Source of the DNA: a virus
Taxonomy: Duplodnaviria > Caudoviricetes
DNA length: 41,825 bases
Strand: one strand, 5' to 3'
IMG/VR virus record: IMGVR_UViG_3300032318_001106
Coordinates: 1-41,825 of that record
In this document: positions 24,736 through 34,721 of the stretch, in pieces
How positions within the stretch are numbered: position 1 is the first letter of the stretch
How the letters are laid out: every line of letters starts with the position of its first letter
Made by a program: the position numbers and the translations under genes
The notes under the pieces: model-generated
What the model saw: only the letters and a program-made list of their open reading frames with translations
The model's database searches: none
Told to the model about the DNA's origin: nothing

Positions 24736-25653
24736 ATGGCTAATTTTTCATCCCTCAAGAAGACTTCTGGTGATCTTTCCCGTCTAGCAAAAGAAATCGA
24801 AAAGATCAGCGCACCTGCTGAAAAGCAAGGTGATGATCGTTTCTGGAAGCTAGAGAGGGACAAGAGTGGTAACGGTGCTGCCGTTATTCGTTTCCTTCCA
24901 CCTTCTGCTGTAGATGGTGATGATGCTCTACCTTGGGTTCGCATGTTCAATCATGGATTCAAGGGTCCAACTGGCAAGTGGTATATTGAAAACTCACTAA
25001 CTACACTTAATCAGAAAGATCCAGTTTCAGATTATAATACTCAACTCTGGAACTCAACAACTGATGATCAGTCTTGGCAGCGAAAGCAGGTTCGAGATCA
25101 GAAGCGTCGTTTGAATTACATTTCAAACATCTACGTTGTCTCTGATCCAAAGCATCCTGAGAACGAGGGTAAAGTCTTCCTGTTCAAGTATGGCAAGAAG
25201 ATTTTCGATAAGATTACAATGCTTATGAATCCAGAGTTTGAGGGTGACACACCAGTCAATCCATTCGACTTCTGGACAGGTGCAAACTTTAAGATTCGTA
25301 TTCGTACTGTTGATAGCTATCCAAACTATGAACAGTCTGTCTTTGATACACCAAAGCCACTTCTCAGTGATGATGAAGAACTTGAGCGTGTCTGGAACAA
25401 GCAATACTCACTTAAGGAATTTCTAGATCCAAAGAACTTCAAGTCATATGACGAACTAAAGCGTCGTCTTGATGAAGTCTTGAATCTTGAAGAAGAAGCA
25501 GGCTGGATGAAGCAACCAGCCACTCAACAGAAGGCAGCACCAGTCGCTGCTGAGAAGCCAGTATTCAACAAGACAAAGACTGTTGAAAATACTGCACCAT
25601 TCGATGTTGATGATGACGATGAGCTTGAACAGTTTAAGCGTCTAGCTCTATAA
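24736..25653 (+). CDS. gp32: Single-stranded DNA-binding protein gp32
   Basis: DDRFWKL..DKSGNGAAVIRFLP, WYIENSLTT, GKVFLFKYGKKIFDKI, NPFDFW.GANFK, acidic tail. Start at ATG 24736 (SD GGAG). Confidence 0.95.
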   Translation: MANFSSLKKTSGDLSRLAKEIEKISAPAEKQGDDRFWKLERDKSGNGAAVIRFLPPSAVDGDDALPWVRMFNHGFKGPTGKWYIENSLTTLNQKDPVSDYNTQLWNSTTDDQSWQRKQVRDQKRRLNYISNIYVVSDPKHPENEGKVFLFKYGKKIFDKITMLMNPEFEGDTPVNPFDFWTGANFKIRIRTVDSYPNYEQSVFDTPKPLLSDDEELERVWNKQYSLKEFLDPKNFKSYDELKRRLDEVLNLEEEAGWMKQPATQQKAAPVAAEKPVFNKTKTVENTAPFDVDDDDELEQFKRLAL

Positions 25654-25657
25654 GATT

Positions 25658-25684
25658 AAGGAGGGGTTTTCCCCTCCTTTTTTT
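25658..25684 (+). terminator. Intrinsic terminator between convergent genes
   Basis: AAGGAGGGG-tttt-CCCCTCCTT followed by a T run. Confidence 0.9.
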
Positions 25685-28600
25685 TATGACAAGTTGTCTG
25701 CAAATCTATCGTAGTGACCACCAAATGGATCAGACATTTTACTGCCATTCACTGCACCACATGCTCTAACAAAGCTAGGGCATTCAAAGTTTGGGTTAGC
25801 TGCAACTGAGAAAGCAAGCGTAGGATTTGATACTCCCTGTGCAGCAGAAGATTGCATAGCTGACATATTTCCAACATTCACATTATTGTCAGTCTTTTCA
25901 TTTGATGCTGGATCAGATTGAGTATCAACTTCACCACCCTCAGCAAGAACAGGTATCAACTCATGATCATCAATTCTTCTTGTATCTTTTGCACTTGCTG
26001 AAGAAGTCTTCTTATTTTTCACTTGCTTTGTTTTTGGATTGTATGAAGACTTAGCATTATTTGTTTCCATAGTGAAGATAGGTACTGCTGTTGTGTCTGG
26101 TTTTTTTACGGATACGTAAGTCTTAACTTTATTCTCGCTGTCATCTTTTTCAGTGTCTAATCTATCGACCGCAATCTTACCTGTTTCAGGATCAAAGATT
26201 GCGGTTTCTTTGTTTGTGTTCATAGTGAACATAGGTTCTTTGTTCTTAGCATCTACAACAACAGCATCATCACCCTTCAGATTAGAATTACGATCTTTAT
26301 GTTTGATTGAATATGCTTCTACTTTGTTCGTCTTTTGATTTACATCTTTCTCACCACCATCATAGAATGCCAATGCAGGTAAAACATCTTCTGCTTGTTC
26401 TGTTACTGCAACTGCTGTACTTGTTTGTGGTTGTGATTGTTCTACTGGACGAGCTTGAACTGGTGTTGCAGTGGCTTGTTGTACTGGTTGTGCTGATCTT
26501 GCTTGTGTTCTTTGTGTCTGTCCAGCTGGTGCAGGTGCTAGCATTTGTCCAGATGGTTGAATAGAAGCTGGTATTGCAGGAGTTGGTGCAGCAGGTTGCG
26601 CTTGAACAGGTGCTGCTGTTTGTGGAGTAGCTTGACCAGCTGGTGTTGCAGCAGTTTGTTGCTGAACTGTTTTTGCATTTTGATTAGTTGCTTGTGAAGT
26701 AGTTTGACCAGCTGGTGCAGGTGCAACAAATGGTTCTTGAGGAGTTCCAACTGGTGCTGGAATAGCAGGTGCTGCTGGTGCTTGAGGTGTTGCTTGTGAT
26801 GAAATAGTTTCTTCGGCTTGAATTGCTCTTCTATAATCACCAAGACCTATTGATCCTTTTCTCTTAGCATCTTCTAATCTTCTCTCCAAAGCTTTTTCAT
26901 CTTCTTCACCTACACGCCTTGTTGCAGGATTCTGAGATTTCTTTGCTGCTTCTTGTCTCTGAGCTACCCATTCATCAAGATTGAAAGATTCTCTTTGTTC
27001 AACACCTGATCTTCTAGCTCTTTCTATCCATTCACTACCACCCCAAGAAGCTTCAGAACCACCACCAACATGAATTCCATGTTTACCCATGTAGCCTAAA
27101 CCTGCACCAACACCTGTGGCACCAGCTTTTACGCTATTTTGTACAAATTTTTCCATAAGTACTCTATCAGACTCGACGGTCATGTCTAATTTTCTTCTTT
27201 TGCCGTCTTGATCCCTAACATAAAGTCTTAAATCTGCTGCACCACCTTCATCATGTCTTTCACCCCCTTTTCTAGATGCTCCTGGTGTTCCTTTTTTTGC
27301 TTGTCCTCCAGAATATACTTCAACTTCAACACCAGCTTGTTCAGCAGCATATTCAAGTTGATTTGAAAGTCTTTGCTGTAAAGGACTTCTTCTTGTCTCT
27401 GCTAGGGTTGATTGTGCTTGTGTAACTCTACTTTGTGATTGTTCTAATGGTGTATCAGACGGAGATGTTGTTGTATCCGTAACTCTTGCTCTTACATCTG
27501 CTGTAACTTTACTAGGATCTTTTTGAAAGGTCTCATTAAACTTTTCAACACCCATCTTGTTAATTGCTTCTACGACTCTTTGTGCTTGACCAACAGGCAT
27601 CTTATTAAAAGTGTCTAAGAATTTTGGATCAATACCTTCTGGAAGACTTGGTATATTACCTTTAGCAATTACTTGAGTTCTTTGTTCTTCTTCTCTTTTT
27701 TCAAGTGCTTGTCTTTGTTTTTCGACATCTTCATTTGAAAACTCAGCTTTACCTGAACCAGGCATTACACCTGTAATTGCTGCTCTAAAAGCTTCTTCAT
27801 GTTTCATTCCAGCAGCTAAATTTTTCTGATATGCTTCTCTAGCTGCTCTTAGAGCTCCGGCTGTGACATCTAATCCTACATGAGCTTTATTTGGACCACC
27901 ATAATAACTTGATCCACCTTTTGACACAGATGCCATAGATGCCCATTCTTGAGACAACTGTTCTTGTGCCGTAGAAAGATTATCATTTTTTCCTGTGATA
28001 AAATTTGCTATTCCGGGTCTCTTGTTCTCTGATAACCAAGCAAATATTTTTTGTTGCGTTTCTGGATTGTATGTTGTTGTTCTTGGATCAAGACCTAATC
28101 CTTTAATAGCTTCTTTCATTGTAGTTGGAATAACTTGGTATGCACCAACAGCAAACAATTTGTCAGGATGAGTTCTTGGTAAATTTTGCCTTGCCATTAC
28201 GTCTTCTAATGTCATATTAGAAAAGTCCATTGTACCTGCACGATACTTGTGTGCTTGACCTTTATTATAAACATTATAAGCGTTTGGTGTTCCACGTTCT
28301 CTTGGTGTAACTTCACCTCTTTGAATCACTTCACCAAGACTTCCTTGTGCAACTGAGCTTGGCAATTGTTTAGGCATAGATTCAATTACTTCTTCACGAG
28401 TCATCTGAGATGCTCTAGAAGGTGCAACTTTAAATACTTCTTTTCCTTCTTGTTCGACTGTCTGAATACCAGCTTTCTGTCTATCTTCTGGACTTAATCT
28501 CTTGATAAACGATGCTCTAGGATCATCTGAAGCTATGTTACCATTTCTCATCTGTTCAATGACTTGTCTTTGTTCATCTGAGAGTTTAGCTCTTGCACTT

Positions 28601-28965
28601 GGATCTGATGCACCTGGTGCAGCTTTCTCAAGCTCTTTCATCCATGTAGGGACACTATTACGAACTGATGGTGCTGTTGCAGATGGACTTTGACTTGCTC
28701 TTCCTGCTGTTGGTGAAGAAGCATCAGGTAATACACCACCCAGTCTTTCTCTTGCTGCTGGTGACATTGCTTGAAGAAAGCCAGAAACATCATATTTCAG
28801 TCTGTCTAGAAAGTATCTTGGAAACAACATTGCAAACTGATCTGCTGTCAGTTGTGATACAATTCTAGCACCACCCGTAGTTTTAAATATCTCCATCTTG
28901 TCTGACGGGGATAACTTAAGTAGGTCTTGAACGTTTACATTTAGATTCTTAACTTTCTTTAGCAT
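25684..28965 (-). CDS. Large virion protein (tape-measure position) with lysozyme-like and M15-peptidase-like domains
   Basis: Follows gp26/gp51; AVGAYQ...QEWAS; HDEGGAAD...HGIH; long P/A/Q/T linker. Confidence 0.75.
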   Translation of the reverse strand: MLKKVKNLNVNVQDLLKLSPSDKMEIFKTTGGARIVSQLTADQFAMLFPRYFLDRLKYDVSGFLQAMSPAARERLGGVLPDASSPTAGRASQSPSATAPSVRNSVPTWMKELEKAAPGASDPSARAKLSDEQRQVIEQMRNGNIASDDPRASFIKRLSPEDRQKAGIQTVEQEGKEVFKVAPSRASQMTREEVIESMPKQLPSSVAQGSLGEVIQRGEVTPRERGTPNAYNVYNKGQAHKYRAGTMDFSNMTLEDVMARQNLPRTHPDKLFAVGAYQVIPTTMKEAIKGLGLDPRTTTYNPETQQKIFAWLSENKRPGIANFITGKNDNLSTAQEQLSQEWASMASVSKGGSSYYGGPNKAHVGLDVTAGALRAAREAYQKNLAAGMKHEEAFRAAITGVMPGSGKAEFSNEDVEKQRQALEKREEEQRTQVIAKGNIPSLPEGIDPKFLDTFNKMPVGQAQRVVEAINKMGVEKFNETFQKDPSKVTADVRARVTDTTTSPSDTPLEQSQSRVTQAQSTLAETRRSPLQQRLSNQLEYAAEQAGVEVEVYSGGQAKKGTPGASRKGGERHDEGGAADLRLYVRDQDGKRRKLDMTVESDRVLMEKFVQNSVKAGATGVGAGLGYMGKHGIHVGGGSEASWGGSEWIERARRSGVEQRESFNLDEWVAQRQEAAKKSQNPATRRVGEEDEKALERRLEDAKRKGSIGLGDYRRAIQAEETISSQATPQAPAAPAIPAPVGTPQEPFVAPAPAGQTTSQATNQNAKTVQQQTAATPAGQATPQTAAPVQAQPAAPTPAIPASIQPSGQMLAPAPAGQTQRTQARSAQPVQQATATPVQARPVEQSQPQTSTAVAVTEQAEDVLPALAFYDGGEKDVNQKTNKVEAYSIKHKDRNSNLKGDDAVVVDAKNKEPMFTMNTNKETAIFDPETGKIAVDRLDTEKDDSENKVKTYVSVKKPDTTAVPIFTMETNNAKSSYNPKTKQVKNKKTSSASAKDTRRIDDHELIPVLAEGGEVDTQSDPASNEKTDNNVNVGNMSAMQSSAAQGVSNPTLAFSVAANPNFECPSFVRACGAVNGSKMSDPFGGHYDRFADNLS

Positions 28966-28967
28966 GT

Positions 28968-29174
28968 TTATCTTCTTCTACTTGCTCTTTGTTGTGCTGC
29001 CCGATCACGTTGTCTTTCTTCCTGATCTTTTAAGAAACCTTTGAGAAGATCAATGTAAACATGTCTTTCCCAAGGTATCATACTTTCAAGATCATTAATA
29101 CTGTACTTGTGATGCTGAATAAGTGAGAAATTCGTCTTATAGAAATTTTCTAACTTATCGTGACCGAGCATCAT
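28968..29174 (-). CDS. gp51: Baseplate hub assembly protein gp51-like
   Basis: LENFYKTNFSLIQHHKYS...MIPWERHVYI. Confidence 0.85.
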   Translation of the reverse strand: MMLGHDKLENFYKTNFSLIQHHKYSINDLESMIPWERHVYIDLLKGFLKDQEERQRDRAAQQRASRRR

Positions 29175-29896
29175 CGAAAAAAATTTTCTAAATCTCTATA
29201 GCTATTCTTGTGCATGAAGCCACATCTTGTGCATTGTGCTTCATGTTCAATCACAAAATATGGAAAGTTATCAACAAAGTTCTCTATCTTCTTAAAGTTT
29301 TCAACTGATAAGTTCTCAACAAACTCTCTCAGTTCAGATAGTGTAAAGTCTTTGTTGAGACTCTTGACGTTATCACCCTCTGTGATGTATTCAATACAAC
29401 TGAGAATGAGATCGATCTTTAGATTTATCGAGTCTTGATCTTCATTAAGTGTTCTGATGTCATGATAAGATGGATACTTCATCTTCAACATCACATTATT
29501 ACCTAATGAAATCTTATTGCTGATCTTATCATCTTTCATGATCTTTGCATTAGTGAGATTGATTTCAGAGTCAAAGATATTACCACAAACACCATTTTCA
29601 GTTTCATGATTGCATCTAAGCTCGATATCAATTACTTCAGAGATAGACTTAGCTCTAATCATGTTAAAGATGTAGTCAACATCAAAGAATGGAATCTTGT
29701 CCAGATTGATGTCATCAATGATACAGCTTTTTAGAACTTGCTTTACTGTGTTAACGATGTAAACCGGATCAGCAGATTCGGCTGCCATCAAAAGTATCTT
29801 CTCTTCTTTCACTACAAAAGGCCTATATGTCACTGTCTTACCTGATGATGGTAGAACAACTTCAAAATTAGGCAACATAAGACTTGGCAAACTCAT
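29171..29896 (-). CDS. gp26: Baseplate hub subunit gp26-like
   Basis: LPSSGK.V.YRPFVVKEEKILLMA, FDVDYIF..IRAKS, MKYP, CxxCG...FF. Confidence 0.88.
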   Translation of the reverse strand: MSLPSLMLPNFEVVLPSSGKTVTYRPFVVKEEKILLMAAESADPVYIVNTVKQVLKSCIIDDINLDKIPFFDVDYIFNMIRAKSISEVIDIELRCNHETENGVCGNIFDSEINLTNAKIMKDDKISNKISLGNNVMLKMKYPSYHDIRTLNEDQDSINLKIDLILSCIEYITEGDNVKSLNKDFTLSELREFVENLSVENFKKIENFVDNFPYFVIEHEAQCTRCGFMHKNSYRDLENFFR

Positions 29897-29928
29897 TCAT
29901 GTTCCTTTCATAAAATATAAAACTTGTA

Positions 29929-30579
29929 TTACTGTGCGGCACGAACCAGATTTGCGAAGTTGCCACCTGCCCATGTGCCTTCTTGCTTGTCAAGACCCTT
30001 TCTTGTCCACCAGTGATATGTAAATGTGATACCTAGTCTTAGAAACTGTTCATCTGACCAGGTAACTTGCTGTGGATTAACTAGAATAGGATGAGCTTTC
30101 AATAGAGAGAAAGCATATTGAGGTTCATGAAAGTTATCCATCTTGAATATCTGAACTTCACAAGTGTAATTGTCTTTGTACTCGAAATCAAATGTGTTTG
30201 ATGGATTAATTAATTCCATCCAATCATCGAATACTTGTCTTTCATACATCTCATCTCTACAAATAAACACCATGTTCAGGTCTTCATAGTTACTCTGATA
30301 TGGCATCTTGAAAGATGGACCATAGTATCTAACACCGTCTAAGTTATTGAATGATCTTCCTGGATATTCAACAGTCTCACACAGATATGTCAAATCATAT
30401 CTGAGTCCATTTTTACCACCAGATGAGAATACTTGTGTTAATTGTCCTGATGATGGTATAATTCTAACAAGAAATTTACATATCTTAGATGGTCCACCCT
30501 TATCACCTAAGACGGACTTGACATCTGAAAGAAGCTCAGAGTATGGTGCGTTTAACTGTTGCGTTTTTTGATCAGACAT
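29929..30579 (-). CDS. Tail tube-fold protein (gp54/gp19-like tube initiator)
   Basis: LCETVEYPGRSF, YGPSFKMPY, FDDWMELI, AHPI...QQVTWS. Confidence 0.75.
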   Translation of the reverse strand: MSDQKTQQLNAPYSELLSDVKSVLGDKGGPSKICKFLVRIIPSSGQLTQVFSSGGKNGLRYDLTYLCETVEYPGRSFNNLDGVRYYGPSFKMPYQSNYEDLNMVFICRDEMYERQVFDDWMELINPSNTFDFEYKDNYTCEVQIFKMDNFHEPQYAFSLLKAHPILVNPQQVTWSDEQFLRLGITFTYHWWTRKGLDKQEGTWAGGNFANLVRAAQ

Positions 30580-30585
30580 TTTTTC

Positions 30586-31089
30586 TTAGCTCTTTTCTAC
30601 GAATAGTTGTACTGGTAATGCAATAGCTTTGTCCCACTCATCTGCTGTAACTTCGATAAACTTACTTCTAACGTGACTGAAAAGATATCTCTTAATACAT
30701 GGTCTTGAGATGCTTGCTAAAGACTTTGTGCTAGACAGAAGATCATATGACATTCTGATTCTTGTTGTTGCGTCATATCTTGAGTTGCTTCTAAACTCTG
30801 AAAGTCTGTTGAGAAGAGTTGCTCTTTCAGACTGACTTAGATAGTGCAAGTTAAGACCTAAAAATCCATCTGGATATCTTTCGATAGGAAACACGAGAGG
30901 AAACCTATCGTAAATTTGTAACTTGTCTTTTGTTTTAGGATCGTAGTAGAAGAAATACATCTTACCGATTACAGTGGCATCTCTTGCCCTTGTATCGTTA
31001 CTGACGATATTCTTTCTGTATCCTGCGGCTGATCTGGCTTTTCCAATAAACCAGTCTGCCATTTCTTTTTCTTTTGATGTTGATGCCAT
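30586..31089 (-). CDS. gp2: DNA end protector gp2
   Basis: GKMYFFYYDPKTKDKL..YDRFPLV...GFLGLNLHYL...CIKRYL..HVRS. Confidence 0.9.
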   Translation of the reverse strand: MASTSKEKEMADWFIGKARSAAGYRKNIVSNDTRARDATVIGKMYFFYYDPKTKDKLQIYDRFPLVFPIERYPDGFLGLNLHYLSQSERATLLNRLSEFRSNSRYDATTRIRMSYDLLSSTKSLASISRPCIKRYLFSHVRSKFIEVTADEWDKAIALPVQLFVEKS

Positions 31090-31094
31090 GTTGT

Positions 31095-31102
31095 TATTTA
31101 TG
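31095..31102 (-). promoter_or_regulatory. Late promoter for gp2 operon
   Basis: CATAAATA on the minus strand 5 bp before ATG. Confidence 0.65.
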
Positions 31103-31122
31103 TGTTAGATGCAAAATAGTTC

Positions 31123-31151
31123 TTGACAATGGGTTGACAAGATGCTATAAA
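31123..31151 (+). promoter_or_regulatory. Sigma70-like promoter antisense to gp4
   Basis: TTGACA-17-TATAAA, with a second TTGACA inside the spacer. Confidence 0.55.
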
Positions 31152-31183
31152 GGCTATGCCCTGTTGCAATGAATACTAATATA

Positions 31184-31633
31184 TTACTTCTTAGTCTTAT
31201 TGAATATCTCGTCTTCAGTAAGTATCTTGAACTTCCATCCTCTGTCTAGACAGTATTCTTCTGCTGCTTTCCACTTAGACTGATTAACACCCCAAGTAGT
31301 TACCTCATTGATATACTGCTTAGTGATCTTCTTCTTTTTTGTTGGTTCTTTTGTTTGATTCTTTGGTTTGACTTCAATCATCATAGTCTGAGTCTTACCA
31401 TCTGGTGTTTTTACTTTGATGATGAAATCTGGAAAATACCTATGATATCTGTTGTCAACTGGTGACACATATGGTATTGCTATCTCTTCACTTCTCCATT
31501 CTAACACATTAGAGTTGTCGTCAAGATATCTCATTACCCTGAGTTCCCAAAGTGATCTGTAAATAATGTTAGTAGGATCCCCAATATATTTTTGAGGATT
31601 CTTTGGACTGAATCTTCCTTTGTAATACTTCAT
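31184..31633 (-). CDS. gp4: Head completion nuclease gp4
   Basis: YKGRF.PKNPQKY.GD...IYRSLWE...W.SEE..IPY...HRYFPDF...EVKP...NQSKW.AA. Confidence 0.93.
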   Translation of the reverse strand: MKYYKGRFSPKNPQKYIGDPTNIIYRSLWELRVMRYLDDNSNVLEWRSEEIAIPYVSPVDNRYHRYFPDFIIKVKTPDGKTQTMMIEVKPKNQTKEPTKKKKITKQYINEVTTWGVNQSKWKAAEEYCLDRGWKFKILTEDEIFNKTKK

Positions 31634-31640
31634 ATAAATA
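31633..31640 (+). promoter_or_regulatory. T4-type late promoter for baseplate operon
   Basis: Exact TATAAATA. Confidence 0.8.
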
Positions 31641-31673
31641 TATATGAGATTTTTACAATATCAGGAGATTCAA

Positions 31674-32747
31674 TTGGTTTTACCATTAATTATAGGTGGT
31701 GTTGCTGGTGCCGCTGCTGTAGCTGGTGCACTCGTTGCTGCAAGAGGTATTGGACTCTCTGACGTTATAGAATCTGCTGTAACACCAGGTGGTATAGGCA
31801 ATCAAACTGGTGATACATCACTCGGTCAAAGCGAATATGATTTTAACTACAGAGCTTTTCCAAATGACCTAGTGAATGATACTAATGCACACTACATGGT
31901 TATTAACATCAACGTACCAGCAAAAAAAGGTGGAGATGTTAGAACATCATACCAGGGTGCTCAGTATAACACTTCTGATCTACCTGGTGATACGAGCAAG
32001 CTAAATGTTGCTAGATCTGGTAAGCTTCAAGGTGGTCAACCATTACCACCAGGTGCATTGAGTGGTTCATTACTAACACTACCAAGATACTCAAAGAGAA
32101 TTAAAGAGTCGATTGCTATCTTCATGCCAGGATCAATTCTATATGGTCAACAGAATCAGTATGAAGAAATCTCAATGACTGCTATTGCAGGTAACGTAGG
32201 TAAAGCAGGTCTACAATATGCTACTGCTGCACTATCTGGTATCGCTGGTGGTGCAATAGGTAGATCAGTAGGAAGAGCAGCTGGTTCTGCTAGGGCTGTT
32301 AATGCGTTAGGTCAAGCTATTGGTACAATTGCAAGTATCACGCAAAATCCAATCAACCCAAGAGTTGAAGTTCTTTTCTCGACAACTAACCAAAGACAGT
32401 TTGTGTTTGAGTTTCTTATGGCACCAAGAAACGAGCAAGAATCAAAAACTATAGAGCAGATTGTCAGAACACTGAGATTTCATGCTGTACCTGAATTGAA
32501 CAGTAGTACTGGAGGATTGACTTTCATTCCACCTGCTGAGTTTGATATAACATTCTTTCATAAGGGTGTTGAGAATGTTAAGATACCAAGAATAAATACA
32601 TGTGTTCTAAACAGAATTGACGTTGATTATTCACCACAAGGTGTTTACTCAACATTTAAGAATGGTTATCCTGTTGCAGTTAGATTGAGTCTTGCATTTA
32701 CCGAAATCGAAATGCTCCACAAGGCACGTGTAGTCCAGGGATTCTAA
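31674..32747 (+). CDS. gp48: Baseplate tail-tube cap gp48
   Basis: NPRVEVLF, RQFVFEFLMAPRNEQE, P.EFDI, CVL..IDVDYSP. Probable TTG start after AGGAG. Confidence 0.85.
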   Translation: MVLPLIIGGVAGAAAVAGALVAARGIGLSDVIESAVTPGGIGNQTGDTSLGQSEYDFNYRAFPNDLVNDTNAHYMVININVPAKKGGDVRTSYQGAQYNTSDLPGDTSKLNVARSGKLQGGQPLPPGALSGSLLTLPRYSKRIKESIAIFMPGSILYGQQNQYEEISMTAIAGNVGKAGLQYATAALSGIAGGAIGRSVGRAAGSARAVNALGQAIGTIASITQNPINPRVEVLFSTTNQRQFVFEFLMAPRNEQESKTIEQIVRTLRFHAVPELNSSTGGLTFIPPAEFDITFFHKGVENVKIPRINTCVLNRIDVDYSPQGVYSTFKNGYPVAVRLSLAFTEIEMLHKARVVQGF

Positions 32748-32750
32748 AAC

Positions 32751-33464
32751 ATGGCAAATTTCTTAGATATCTTTCCTAGAATCACATATGATATTAACAA
32801 AGATAGATATGAAAATCTAGATGTCGTCACTAACATTTTCTTTAGAGTTGGCATCGTCAAGAGTATTCTAGACAACTATGGTTCATACTTTGTTTATGAG
32901 ATACCAGATGGACAAAGACCAGAAGTTCTAGCTGAAAGAATATATGGTAACCCAGATGCATACTGGATCATTATGTATGCCAATGACATGTATGATCCCA
33001 TGTATGACTGGCCATTATCATACGATGCTTTTAAGAAGTTCATCATCAATAGATATGGCTCAATTGCAACAGCTAAGACTACGTATCATCATTATGAAAA
33101 AGTAATTGAACGTCAAGAGAGCTTTACAGGTATTATTACAACACAATATATAACTATTAATAAAGAAAAAGCAACAACAAACACTGCTGCAAGTCTAGCA
33201 GATGTACCATATGATTACTATGATGATCCGAATCTTCCTACAGAAGGAGCTTGGATAACGATTAACATGGGTAATGGTAAGTCTGTTCAAGAAAGAGTAT
33301 ATAAGAGAAGAATAACTAACTATGATTATGAAGATGAGTTGAACAACAACAAGAGATTCGTGAAGGTTATCAAAGCTGAGTACTATAATACTATAATTGA
33401 AGAACTGAAAAGACTAGTTGATCCTACAAAGACAGCAGTTTCATTTAGAAGAAGACTTATTTAA
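32751..33464 (+). CDS. gp53: Baseplate wedge gp53
   Basis: RPEVLAERIYG...YWII..AN...DP.YDWPL, HHYE, NYDYE...N..KR. Confidence 0.88.
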   Translation: MANFLDIFPRITYDINKDRYENLDVVTNIFFRVGIVKSILDNYGSYFVYEIPDGQRPEVLAERIYGNPDAYWIIMYANDMYDPMYDWPLSYDAFKKFIINRYGSIATAKTTYHHYEKVIERQESFTGIITTQYITINKEKATTNTAASLADVPYDYYDDPNLPTEGAWITINMGNGKSVQERVYKRRITNYDYEDELNNNKRFVKVIKAEYYNTIIEELKRLVDPTKTAVSFRRRLI

Positions 33465-33466
33465 TC

Positions 33467-34720
33467 ATGACTAATGAAGAAGACTTAATTAAAATCACAC
33501 TGACTATTGAAGGTGTTAATTTTGATAACTTTCCAGAATTTTCTGCATATGAAGTTATTCTTGGTGAGAGTTTAAAGACACCAGGTCTTCAAACAGCAAT
33601 TAAGATCAACAATGCTCTTGTTTCAGGTGTTGATCAAAATAGAATCAAGAATCTAGATGAATTAAAAGGAAGAGGCGTCAATATTGAAATTGAAAAGTCT
33701 TCTTTTGCTATTGAACCATACAAACAATATGAAATACCTGTTGTAACAAAAGTAGGTTTTGATAGTCAGCACATCGTCTACAGAGCAGAAGATAGAACAC
33801 TACTAAACAATAATATGGAAGAACTAACTCTTAGAGCATGTGACCTGTCTTTGATTAAAGATGCATCTGCGCTAATCAGTAAGAGTTGGAAATGTACATC
33901 ACCATCAACAATTACTGGTGACATTCTCACAAAGTGTTTAGGAATACCAAAATCAAATCAAGTCATTGAACGTCGTAGTACACCTAACTATGACTATATG
34001 GCTAGAAACATTCATCCTTTTCAAGCTATCAATCAACAAACTAATGCGGCTTTAGCAAAGACAGATGATCCATCATTTCTGCACTTCATGACATATAATT
34101 TTAAAAGAGGTGTTGGTATGCATCACTTTGAATCATTATATCAGATGACCAAGAAACCATCTGTTATGACATTTAAACATGCAACAACAGGTGATGTTAC
34201 AGGTTTTATGAATCCTATTAAAGCATTAAGCTTCAGTTTTCCATGTGACTTCGATCTTCTATCAGATGTTCTAAATGGTATTGGACCAGATGGTAGTCCT
34301 ATATCATCTCTAGCAGTGTTTAATCCAAAGAATAAAATGTTTAGTATGTTGGGCAATCAATCAATTGGTTGTGGTGTTGGTGGTGGAGTTTACAAAACAG
34401 CGCAAACTAATATCAATACTGCAAGACAACAAGACACATGCCAGAGTGATGTTGAGAAGTATCGATTAAAGAGACAAGCAAGAATGAGTCTTCTAGAAAG
34501 AGACAAGATTGCTCTTAGAATGACAGTTCCATTTAATCCTAAGTTGAACGTAGGTAAAGTTATTACATTTGAGTATATTGATGAAGATACAGGTGAAAAG
34601 ATGTATGGTAATGGAGACTATCTAATTCTTAATCTATTTCATCATGTTAAGAACGGTGGTTATGGAACAACAGTCATTGACTGTGTATCGAATACCGTTG
34701 GTCAAGGAGGTAAAGTATAA
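33467..34720 (+). CDS. Putative baseplate hub protein (gp27-like position)
   Basis: Lies between gp53 and gp5; ends VP.NP.L.VG...GDYLI..L.H. Confidence 0.6.
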   Translation: MTNEEDLIKITLTIEGVNFDNFPEFSAYEVILGESLKTPGLQTAIKINNALVSGVDQNRIKNLDELKGRGVNIEIEKSSFAIEPYKQYEIPVVTKVGFDSQHIVYRAEDRTLLNNNMEELTLRACDLSLIKDASALISKSWKCTSPSTITGDILTKCLGIPKSNQVIERRSTPNYDYMARNIHPFQAINQQTNAALAKTDDPSFLHFMTYNFKRGVGMHHFESLYQMTKKPSVMTFKHATTGDVTGFMNPIKALSFSFPCDFDLLSDVLNGIGPDGSPISSLAVFNPKNKMFSMLGNQSIGCGVGGGVYKTAQTNINTARQQDTCQSDVEKYRLKRQARMSLLERDKIALRMTVPFNPKLNVGKVITFEYIDEDTGEKMYGNGDYLILNLFHHVKNGGYGTTVIDCVSNTVGQGGKV

Positions 34721-34721
34721 A

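Noticed and set aside
26153-26843. Leucine/valine-rich or Leu/His/Gln-rich alternate-frame ORFs
   Set aside because: They are by-products of the P/A/Q/T low-complexity linker of the 1093-aa gene.
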